A DNA stretch of 34,344 nucleotides, taken from positions 1 through 34,344 of the forward strand of contig CAZJUB010000026.1 of assembly GCA_964549075.1 (NCBI GenBank), given 5' to 3'. Origin of the DNA: an uncultured archaeon. GTDB taxonomy: Archaea > Asgardarchaeota > Heimdallarchaeia > Heimdallarchaeales > Heimdallarchaeaceae. The notes below the pieces were generated by a model, which did no database searches, was not told the DNA's origin, and saw only the letters and a list, made by a program, of their open reading frames with translations. The position numbers and the translations under genes are program-made. Positions 26,567 to 34,344 of the stretch are shown here, piece after piece. Position 1 is the first letter of the stretch. Each line of letters starts with the position of its first letter.

Positions 26567-27372
26567 AGAAGTGAATTATTTGTAGAAGGATCCCAGTCAA
26601 ATCTTTTTTGAATAAATGGGACTTTAAAACCTAAATTAAGATATAATTTTTCAGCTCCAGAACTGCTTTGAGCTTGTAAACAAAATTGAGCATTAGGAGA
26701 TTTATCTAAGACAGTTAAAATATAGTTGGACATGATTTTTGTAGCATAACCTTGCCTTCTGAAACGTTTTTTGGTCCCTACACCATAAAAACCGATAAAT
26801 TCCTCATATTCAAAGGCACTAAAACAGCTAATATCTTTGTTAAACTTTCTACCGACATAGAAATCTATTCCATGGCATAGCTGTTCATTAACCATAGCAG
26901 TGAGATATTTTTTCAAATGATTTGGATAACTAAAAGAATCAAAAAACACATCCACCCACCTATTAGCATTTTTGTCTGTTAAAAGAACCAATTCAACTTC
27001 TTCATCTGGTAGAAGTTTACTTCTATTTTCTCTTGTCCAATACATCAAAGAAGTATCAATTGGATAATGCAAGAAATTTTTTTCTCTTAAAATTTTGGAA
27101 TTTTTACGATAGGTGTCATTGTAAAAAACTTTGACTACGAAGTATTCTTGACCATTATTGAAATAAGAGAGTGCATAAGATAAAAAATCTTCAAAATCTA
27201 CATCTCCCAAGTGAGTCGGAGTTACATAACTATAAGTTTCAATAGATTTATTCTTGATAAAATATCCAAGATCAGTTTTCGCAACTTCAGAATCAGGCAT
27301 ATAACAATAGAATTCGAATTCATTCAAGTCTAGGCGTTCTCTTAACCTGTTTTTCTCTGAATTGTTTGGCAT
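26563..27372 (-). CDS. GNAT family N-acetyltransferase
   Basis: Acetyl-CoA motif VGTKKRFRRQGYAT and AEKLYLNLGF. Confidence 0.88.
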   Translation of the reverse strand: MPNNSEKNRLRERLDLNEFEFYCYMPDSEVAKTDLGYFIKNKSIETYSYVTPTHLGDVDFEDFLSYALSYFNNGQEYFVVKVFYNDTYRKNSKILREKNFLHYPIDTSLMYWTRENRSKLLPDEEVELVLLTDKNANRWVDVFFDSFSYPNHLKKYLTAMVNEQLCHGIDFYVGRKFNKDISCFSAFEYEEFIGFYGVGTKKRFRRQGYATKIMSNYILTVLDKSPNAQFCLQAQSSSGAEKLYLNLGFKVPFIQKRFDWDPSTNNSLL

Positions 27373-27472
27373 GTGTTAACACAGAGAAAAGGAGCTTAAA
27401 AATAAAGGTTACCTTAGCAACGTCAAAAAATACGTGAGCAAAAAAGATTTAAAGAACAAGTTTTCTTGAACA

Positions 27473-27784
27473 ATGAAGGATATGAGTTTCAGATACAAAC
27501 AAGAAACAAAAAAGGAATTTTATAAACAGTTAGGCAAAGGACTTGGTGGAGCAATAATCTTACTAATCCTTTTAGGATTTTGGTTAGGATGGGAAGGATT
27601 CTATGTATGGTTCTACAATGATGTAGCTCATATTCCAAAAGCTGATAGGATTGGAGATCCACTTTTACTTTGGTGGTTATTAATTCTATTTCCTTTACTT
27701 GGTTTAGGAATTGGAATGTTAGTTTCAGGAGGTATGAAAGCTTATAGATTAGCAGCTCCTCCAAAAGAGAAGAAGGAAAAATAA
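27473..27784 (+). CDS. Small two-TM membrane protein
   Basis: Two hydrophobic helices with basic termini. Confidence 0.7.
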   Translation: MKDMSFRYKQETKKEFYKQLGKGLGGAIILLILLGFWLGWEGFYVWFYNDVAHIPKADRIGDPLLLWWLLILFPLLGLGIGMLVSGGMKAYRLAAPPKEKKEK

Positions 27785-27837
27785 AAACTTCTAGATGAAT
27801 CAAAAAAGTAAAATGGGAAACATTTGTTTTCAGATAT

Positions 27838-28296
27838 ATGAAAGAATTTATAGAGAAAAATTTAGGAATTAATGATTTGTGTTTTGGGTGTGGGGAAGAA
27901 AATCCTATTGGTGCAAAATTATCTTTCTACAAGATATCTGATGAATCAGTTGGCTCTACATACTTTGTTCCACAAACTTGGGGAGGGTGGGGGAAAGTCG
28001 TTCACGGAGGATTACAAACTGTTCTAATGGATGAGGTAGCAGGGTGGACAGTAATTACATTATTAGAAGAAGCATGTTTAACTATTAAAGTAGAACTGCA
28101 GTTTTTTAGACCCTTATACGTTGAAGAAGAAGTTGAGATAATCGGAGAGATTCAAGAACAAAAAGAGAAAGACATTATAGTAAAAAGTTACATCAAGAAT
28201 AAGGAAGGAGAGATATGTACTCAAGGTTTATTTACATTTAGAAAAGTAACAAAGAAAAAAATAGAACAGATAGCTGGTATTCAGTTTAACAACTAG
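27838..28296 (+). CDS. PaaI-like hotdog-fold thioesterase
   Basis: CFGCGEENPIG and VVHGGLQTVLMDE motifs. Confidence 0.9.
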   Translation: MKEFIEKNLGINDLCFGCGEENPIGAKLSFYKISDESVGSTYFVPQTWGGWGKVVHGGLQTVLMDEVAGWTVITLLEEACLTIKVELQFFRPLYVEEEVEIIGEIQEQKEKDIIVKSYIKNKEGEICTQGLFTFRKVTKKKIEQIAGIQFNN

Positions 28297-28507
28297 TATG
28301 TTCGATAGCTTCTACAGGACATGCTCCAACACAAGCACAGCACTCAATACAGTCGTCAACGTTGTTTGCAAAGGATTTTTTATCTATTAGTTCAAATACA
28401 TCTGATGGGCAAACATCCACGCAATCTCCAGCTCCAATACATTTGTCATGATCTATTTTTATTACCCAATCGTCTGAAGTAAATTCTTTTACAACCATAA
28501 TAATCAT
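28286..28507 (-). CDS. Dicluster ferredoxin (start may be ATG 28498)
   Basis: CIGAGDCVDVCP and CIECCACVGACP. Confidence 0.9.
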   Translation of the reverse strand: MIIMVVKEFTSDDWVIKIDHDKCIGAGDCVDVCPSDVFELIDKKSFANNVDDCIECCACVGACPVEAIEHTSC

Positions 28508-28562
28508 ATATTCATTTTTTTACTCTCTTTTATACTTTATCCAAGAAGGATAGATTCTTAGA

Positions 28563-28988
28563 TTAACAAAAAGCACAATGATAGAGTATGGGTGTAAACA
28601 ATACGATTATTGTGATTACAAACTGAACTAGCGAAATAAACAATAGATTAAACAAAATAAATTTAGATATTTTTGATTTAAATTCCTCTCTACCTTTTCT
28701 TAGAAAATAAATATGAATACTAAATGTAAAGAAACCTCCAAAACAAAGAATTAATGAAAAAATCAATCCTATTCCAGTTTCAGCATATACTTCGATTAGG
28801 CCGTACAATACTATTACTAATAAAGGGAGATGAACAACTAAAAAACTAGCTATTCCTCCTTTTATTTTGAAAAGTTCCCATTCTTTCCGATAAGCAGAAT
28901 CTATTTCATGAATTATCAATACTATTGAATTGATAAAATATAACCAAAAGATAATTTCTAGCAATATTTGTTGGGTAGATGCTAACAT
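28563..28988 (-). CDS. Four-TM membrane protein, DUF6713-like
   Basis: IHEIDSAYRKEWELFKIKGG..FLVVHLPL motif plus four hydrophobic helices. Confidence 0.7.
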   Translation of the reverse strand: MLASTQQILLEIIFWLYFINSIVLIIHEIDSAYRKEWELFKIKGGIASFLVVHLPLLVIVLYGLIEVYAETGIGLIFSLILCFGGFFTFSIHIYFLRKGREEFKSKISKFILFNLLFISLVQFVITIIVLFTPILYHCAFC

Positions 28989-29068
28989 ATTAATTTAATA
29001 TTATGTACATTTTTAAAAATTTGGACAAATGAAGAAAAATTAATTATCTATCAATTAAACTTATATTC

Positions 29069-29821
29069 ATGTCATTTGAAGGAAAGACAGTAATTGTAAC
29101 AGGAGCTAGTTCAGGTATTGGATTAGCTACTGCAAGAGCTTTTAGGAGAGAAAACGCAGATGTTTTAATGGTAGCTAGATCTGCTACTAGATTAGAAGAG
29201 ATAGCTAAGGAGATAGATGCAAGATATATTGCTATAGACATTACACAAGAAGGTGCTGCTGAAAGAATAGTTGGGGATGCGGTAGTAGAAACGGGAAAAA
29301 TAGATGTTTTGGTAAATTCAGCAGGGATAATACGTTCTGGAAACATTATGAACACTCCAATACATGAATTTGATTATATGATGGATATTAATTTACGTTG
29401 CATTTTTCTATTAATGCAAACAGCTTTACCTTTTCTAAAAGAGAGCAAAGGAAGTATAGTTAATGTCTCAAGTGTGACAGGTTTGAGAGCTTTTCCAAAT
29501 ATTATTGCTTATTGTGTCAGTAAAGCTGGACTTGATCATTTAACCAGATGTTCAGCTTTAGAACTAGCAGAATTTGGTGTTCGAGTAAATGCTGTTAATC
29601 CTGGAGTGGTTGTAACAAGTTTACATAAAGAAAGTGGTATGAGTGATTCTCAATATGAAGAATTTCTAGAGCATAGTAAAACAACCCACCCTCTAGGGAG
29701 AGTGGGGACTCCTGATGAGATAGCAGATTTAATCTTGTTTTTAACCTCAGACAAAGCTCTTTGGATTACAGGAGAAACTGTAAGTATAGATGGGGGAAGA
29801 GCTCTGACTTGTTTCCGTTAA
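29069..29821 (+). CDS. Classical short-chain dehydrogenase/reductase (FabG/glucose dehydrogenase-like)
   Basis: TGASSGIG, NSAG, NVSS, YCVSK (YxxxK), RVNAVNPG, IDGG. Confidence 0.95.
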   Translation: MSFEGKTVIVTGASSGIGLATARAFRRENADVLMVARSATRLEEIAKEIDARYIAIDITQEGAAERIVGDAVVETGKIDVLVNSAGIIRSGNIMNTPIHEFDYMMDINLRCIFLLMQTALPFLKESKGSIVNVSSVTGLRAFPNIIAYCVSKAGLDHLTRCSALELAEFGVRVNAVNPGVVVTSLHKESGMSDSQYEEFLEHSKTTHPLGRVGTPDEIADLILFLTSDKALWITGETVSIDGGRALTCFR

Positions 29822-31266
29822 AGATTATATTTTTCTCCTAATTTCTGAAGAATCACATCACCATGGAAATCTTTGAAACCAGCAGGTTTCTCTGTGTGAA
29901 TAGGCATTACTTTTTTAGGATTAATTTTTCTAACCATCTCTTGGATATCATATCCTGAAGCATGACCAGAACAATGAAGTTGTTTGTAAGGATAAAGGTT
30001 AAAGAACTTCAACCAATTATCTGCTTTTCTCTGATCTAATTCCATTTCCTCATCAACTGGTTCTGTTACAGATCTGATGTAAATTGAACCTTCAGGAGGT
30101 TGAATATCAAAAAGATATTTCAATTCTGAAAAATCACATCTAAAGATATACTTGTCTGGATTTGCAGTTAGGTCAGCTGCTGTGACACTATTTTCGCTAT
30201 CAATATACTCATTTTCCCAAGTGTAATAGTCTTGCATTTGAATCTCAACAGGATAGTTAACATCATTGAGAATCCCCCATCCTTTTTTTGGGATAAAAAT
30301 TCCAATCTCTTCAACTCTAGGAATATCAGTAACACCATTTTTTTGTAGTTTCTTAAGTGTATAAGCTTGTCTCAAACTTACAACAAGAACACGATCAGTT
30401 TGCTTAGCTGCTTCTATAAATGACCTCATTCTATCTAAATCTCTGACTGGAAAATTTACTATTACAAGTCCAGTTACTGGATCAATCAATGGAAAAAGTG
30501 CTTGTTGTAAATCTAGTTCACCAAAAGTTGTGGGTTCTCCTAAATTGGTTCCTTCACTTATCAATACTATTGGATCAAAATCCTTTGCTTTCTTGACAAA
30601 GTGATCACTGAGGTTTCCTTTTCTTCCATGGAATCTAATGTCACCCGTATAAACAATATTTCCTTCTGAGGTTTCTATTACGAAGGAGTTTGCTCCTGGA
30701 ACAGAATGATCTACTGGAAAAGTATGTATGGTAAAATCATCAAGTTCAAATTTTGGTTTGAAAAGATTTATCTCTCGAGGGATAGTCGAAGATTTATCTT
30801 TGACCATTTTGTTAGTATCCCGTTTACTCACTCGTAATTTGAAAGCTTCTTTGATATGAGTGTATTCATGAAAACCCCATGAAGTCTCTTCAAAAGCTTC
30901 AAGAATTCCTTTAGATCCCGCAGAACAGTAAATGGGGATATCTGGCCTAAGGTAGGAAACAAAACCAGCATGATCCAAATGTGGATGGGATAAAACAACA
31001 CCATCATATTTTGGTTCTTTAGTACTCTCTCTGAATCTGCCTTCGTAGTCTTGACGATAAAGACCTGTTAAATCAGGTAATAATCCGAAATTAATATAAT
31101 CTTTAACAAAACTCCATCTTCTTGGTTGTAAATAAGGGGTAAAATATTCTCCAAATTTACCAAAACTTAAACCAAAATCAAAGAATAATTTTGTAGAACC
31201 ATCTTCGATAAGAATTTTGTTCCCTCCGATTTCTCCCACTGCACCATGAAGTGTAATACTAGTCAT
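29818..31266 (-). CDS. MBL-fold beta-CASP hydrolase, RNase J-like
   Basis: GEIGGN, SHPHLDH, VDHS, YTGD, HCSGH, PIHTE. Confidence 0.88.
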   Translation of the reverse strand: MTSITLHGAVGEIGGNKILIEDGSTKLFFDFGLSFGKFGEYFTPYLQPRRWSFVKDYINFGLLPDLTGLYRQDYEGRFRESTKEPKYDGVVLSHPHLDHAGFVSYLRPDIPIYCSAGSKGILEAFEETSWGFHEYTHIKEAFKLRVSKRDTNKMVKDKSSTIPREINLFKPKFELDDFTIHTFPVDHSVPGANSFVIETSEGNIVYTGDIRFHGRKGNLSDHFVKKAKDFDPIVLISEGTNLGEPTTFGELDLQQALFPLIDPVTGLVIVNFPVRDLDRMRSFIEAAKQTDRVLVVSLRQAYTLKKLQKNGVTDIPRVEEIGIFIPKKGWGILNDVNYPVEIQMQDYYTWENEYIDSENSVTAADLTANPDKYIFRCDFSELKYLFDIQPPEGSIYIRSVTEPVDEEMELDQRKADNWLKFFNLYPYKQLHCSGHASGYDIQEMVRKINPKKVMPIHTEKPAGFKDFHGDVILQKLGEKYNL

Positions 31267-31349
31267 TAAATGTATAATAATTTTATAATATAAAAATCAA
31301 ACAGTCAATAAGTAGCTAGTTTTTTAAATTAAGATTAAATTAAAATTGT

Positions 31350-31571
31350 ATGGTATCCAAATTAACAGAATTTTGGAGGAAGAATAGGTCCATACTAGTT
31401 CTGTTAATTAAATGGTATTTTCTTATACAAACTATAACACTTATAGTTGTAAGTATAATTTTTCTTAGGTTAATGAACTACATAGGTGCTTTAGCTTCAT
31501 TTTCTTCAGCTTTTGTTTCAGGTGCAATGACATATGCATTGTTTAGGTTTCATTCAGGAACACTTCTTTAA
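31350..31571 (+). CDS. Small two-TM hypothetical protein
   Basis: 73-aa ORF with two hydrophobic segments that fills the intergenic gap. Confidence 0.5.
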   Translation: MVSKLTEFWRKNRSILVLLIKWYFLIQTITLIVVSIIFLRLMNYIGALASFSSAFVSGAMTYALFRFHSGTLL

Positions 31572-31635
31572 TTTATCATAAATAACTCTTATTTCAGTTT
31601 TACAAATTAGAAAGAAGAAACGGAGGATAATATTC

Positions 31636-32625
31636 TCAGATTCTACTTACTATTATCTCAAGAATATCTTTATCCGCTAGTTCATGTTCTATACCAACTT
31701 GTTGACCTTCATGTTCAACTGAGGATCCCCACACTCTACCAAATCTAAAGTGTTTAATAAAACTTGTATGGATTCTTTTAGCTACATCAGCAACAGTTGA
31801 TCCTTTTAGCATGACGAAAGGTTTCCCATAATCTGTCTTTCCTCCAGGTTTCTTAGTATAAACTCTTATGACATTAAGTTGTTCAAAGAGATTTTTCTTT
31901 AATCCTTCAAGGGTTTCTTCAGATTTAATTGTTGTAGGAAAAACCGGGAAATCTGTTTTGGATAAAAGTTCTTGATATCTCTCCTTAGAGCCAGGCAAAT
32001 CCCCTTTAGTTGCAATAATACCTATTTTGTAAGGAGTTTCTCCGTCAACAATTAACTTGGAATCTTCTAGTTGTTTCATTAGAAAATTGTACTGTTTATC
32101 AATATCCATAGATAAATCAATAACCATCATAATAGCATCACTTGTACGGGTGACACGTACTATTTGTTTACTGATTACCCAATCTTCTTTGAAATCCAAG
32201 AAACCAGGTAAATCAATAATTTGGATACGGACATCTTCATATTCACAAGTTCCAGCAAGGGCTTCTCTGGTAGTATGGAGATAAGCTCCTGTTTTGACAT
32301 CAGTGTTAGTAATAGCATTCATCAGCGTACTTTTACCTACATTGGAAAGACCAAAAAGAGCGATACGTCCATCACCAGAAACAGGAATATAGAATGGATC
32401 ATATTGTCTGCCTTTAGCTTTTGGTTTCTCTTTTATCTCAGCTATCATGGATTCTAATTCTTGAATCTGAAGCTTGAAAACACCGAATTTGTCAAGTTTC
32501 TTTTCTCGAATATCTTCGATAATATCCTCTAATTCTGTAACTAGCTCTTCTCCTTCAAGGTTTCTTATTCTTCTTGCAATATTAAATCTATACCATTTGA
32601 GTTTGGTACCAGGATGACTACTCAT
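31636..32625 (-). CDS. DRG/Obg-family GTPase with C-terminal TGS domain
   Basis: G1 GLSNVGKS, G2 YLHTT, G3 DLPG, G4 TKGD; TGS segment IRVYTK..GSTVADVAKRIH..VWGSS..GQQVG. GAGGTGA SD motif upstream. Confidence 0.92.
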   Translation of the reverse strand: MSSHPGTKLKWYRFNIARRIRNLEGEELVTELEDIIEDIREKKLDKFGVFKLQIQELESMIAEIKEKPKAKGRQYDPFYIPVSGDGRIALFGLSNVGKSTLMNAITNTDVKTGAYLHTTREALAGTCEYEDVRIQIIDLPGFLDFKEDWVISKQIVRVTRTSDAIMMVIDLSMDIDKQYNFLMKQLEDSKLIVDGETPYKIGIIATKGDLPGSKERYQELLSKTDFPVFPTTIKSEETLEGLKKNLFEQLNVIRVYTKKPGGKTDYGKPFVMLKGSTVADVAKRIHTSFIKHFRFGRVWGSSVEHEGQQVGIEHELADKDILEIIVSRI

Positions 32626-32936
32626 TCAATCACCTCATATTTGTTTGTTATTTTTAATTTTTTGTCTAATTCATTTAATAAGCTCTAAAGAGTAACAGAA
32701 AATGTTGAGATGATTAAACACAGAGAACCTGGAAAAACCAAATAACAATATAAACTACCCGCCACTACTTCAGAACCACAGAAATATTAGCGCGAATTCC
32801 CTTCGCATGAACTTATACACAAAGTACATGGAGTTGCATTGTTATCACTACATATTCACTTAAAACAAATAAAAAACATTTGACTTTAGGATTTTGTTTC
32901 TGAAAATTTTTATAGTATTTACCTTACAGAGATTTG

Positions 32937-34344
32937 ATGCTACTGAAGACCTTTATACATCGTAAAAAAACAAAAAAAATTTTAACTCTTAGTCTAATTC
33001 TCTTCTTAGTTTTATTTGGATACTATATTCCAAGAAAAAATAGTTCTGTGATAAATAACGTGTCAATTTTTGCAGATGATTCTGTTTCTACTCACGAATA
33101 TTTCGAAGGGTATAATTTGTATATTCTAGAGAGAGAAAACACTGAAACACACAGTATAATTGATCGTAAGATTCTGTTAACAGATTTAGATAATAACATC
33201 ATAAACGAAAAAAAACTAGGCTCAAATAGTGTGTTGTCTGATATTAAATTCATCAATTCTTCAACTATCTTATATGGCGATAATAATGGTATAAGAATGT
33301 GGAACATTGAAACAAACGTGAGTGTAGATTTAGGATTTGGAAGCCATCATGAAATAGCATATAATTATCGAAATAATACGTTCTTAGCTCTAGGTGGGCA
33401 TATAGTAGATATTAATGGAACACTCTACAACTATGATTTAATATATGAATATAATTCAAGCGGAATTCTTGTTAGGTCTTTAGATACTCAAGATTATGTA
33501 GAACCTTGGCAAATTTGTCCATATGCTAATGTGATTAATGTAACTATAGATATAACTCATGCCAATTCTATCTCGTTTGACGAAGATGAAAATGCAATAT
33601 ATCTTAATTGTAGAAATACTAATACTTTTTATAAAATTGATTATGCAACAGGAGATTTAATTTGGGGATTAGGGGAGTATGGTAATTTCACGATGTTTGA
33701 CATATATGGAAATCAGAAAGATTTTCTCTTCTTTCATTGCCATAGTTTAGAAAAGATAGCAGAGAACAAGTTTTTACTCTTTGATAATGATTTCCATAAT
33801 CAGACGAATGCTATAGATAAGCAATCACGTTATGTTGAAATTACAACTGATTCAGATAAAATGTATGCTAATGTAACACGAGAATGGAACAGTCCAACAG
33901 ATTACTTTAGCTCTCTCTGGGGGGATTGTAATCTTCTACCAAACGACAATCTGTTGGGTGTTTTTAGTTATACAATGTATCAAGGAAAAGAAATAGGATC
34001 GAAACTTGTTGAAGTAAATGAGGAAGGGGAAATTGTCTGGATTCTGGAATCACCTATAGAACAGGAAATAAAATATACTGTGAATAAAGTTGAAAGATTT
34101 AGATTCACTCCTTTTGTTTCAAACCCTAAAGTAACCGAAGAAGAAGATAGTATTGGCTTTGACTGGAAGATATGGTATAATTTTAATGCAAAAACAGAAT
34201 TTAGTGGGGAGTATTATATTTATCTTGATAACCGATTACTATTACAAGATAATTTGACCTTTCCAAAATACTGGCAACCTACACAGGTAAACTGTACTTT
34301 AAAGGACTTAGAACCTGGAAATCACATGATTTCAATCATCGTAA
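32937..34344 (+). CDS. Secreted or membrane-anchored arylsulfotransferase (ASST)-like beta-propeller protein (3'-truncated)
   Basis: Not in the ORF track. Hand translation from ATG 32937 gives a basic+hydrophobic N-terminus (KKILTLSLILFLVLFG), then SHHEI, DITHANSI, IWGLG, FHCHSL and LLFDND, matching the His motifs of the ASST family. Confidence 0.75.
   Translation, partial: MLLKTFIHRKKTKKILTLSLILFLVLFGYYIPRKNSSVINNVSIFADDSVSTHEYFEGYNLYILERENTETHSIIDRKILLTDLDNNIINEKKLGSNSVLSDIKFINSSTILYGDNNGIRMWNIETNVSVDLGFGSHHEIAYNYRNNTFLALGGHIVDINGTLYNYDLIYEYNSSGILVRSLDTQDYVEPWQICPYANVINVTIDITHANSISFDEDENAIYLNCRNTNTFYKIDYATGDLIWGLGEYGNFTMFDIYGNQKDFLFFHCHSLEKIAENKFLLFDNDFHNQTNAIDKQSRYVEITTDSDKMYANVTREWNSPTDYFSSLWGDCNLLPNDNLLGVFSYTMYQGKEIGSKLVEVNEEGEIVWILESPIEQEIKYTVNKVERFRFTPFVSNPKVTEEEDSIGFDWKIWYNFNAKTEFSGEYYIYLDNRLLLQDNLTFPKYWQPTQVNCTLKDLEPGNHMISIIV

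Noticed and set aside
32702-32863. ATG-TTG-AGA-TGA followed by an open frame, considered as a possible selenoprotein with a SECIS hairpin
   Set aside because: The peptide resembles no selenoprotein family, and the downstream hairpin lacks the tandem GA quartet on its 3' side.
1103-33307. Other small overlapping ORFs (1103, 2643, 15850, 17163, 19338, 20473, 20929, 24315, 26101, 27489, 29044, 32057, 32221, 33092)
   Set aside because: Each overlaps a better-supported gene, on the opposite strand or in another frame, and has no recognisable features.
1-34344. CRISPR arrays, tRNA/rRNA genes, IS elements and defence systems
   Set aside because: No spaced direct repeats, GC-rich structured RNA blocks, transposase/integrase ORFs or terminal inverted repeats were seen. 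The MBL nuclease looks like a stand-alone RNase J-like enzyme.

Overview
AT-rich, gene-dense archaeal DNA. Alba, topoisomerase VI, a DRG GTPase and GAGGT(GA) Shine-Dalgarno motifs support an archaeal origin. The eukaryote-like Top6A/Top6B motifs, two tubulin-superfamily genes and a CD36-like protein suggest an Asgard archaeon (inference). The main feature is an unusual topoisomerase VI operon. Top6B is 4209 aa: an intact ~560-aa GHKL/H2TH/transducer core fused to ~3500 aa of about 45-55 degenerate HhH/SAM-like (RadA N-terminal-like) repeats and a Lys/Ser/Thr-rich tail. It is translationally coupled to a SPO11-3-like Top6A that appears to carry an N-terminal ubiquitin-like domain. Also present are a degenerate tubulin/FtsZ-fold protein lacking the GTP-binding signature, a 1017-aa CD36/SR-B-like two-TM protein with an inserted LVIVD propeller, and a membrane protein / tubulin-like GTPase / double-zinc-ribbon membrane protein cluster. 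The rest is housekeeping: pyruvate kinase, nucleotidyltransferase, GNAT, thioesterase, ferredoxin, SDR, RNase J-like nuclease, DRG GTPase and an arylsulfotransferase-like protein. No RNA genes, CRISPR arrays or mobile elements were recognised. All family assignments come from motif recognition by eye; no searches were run.
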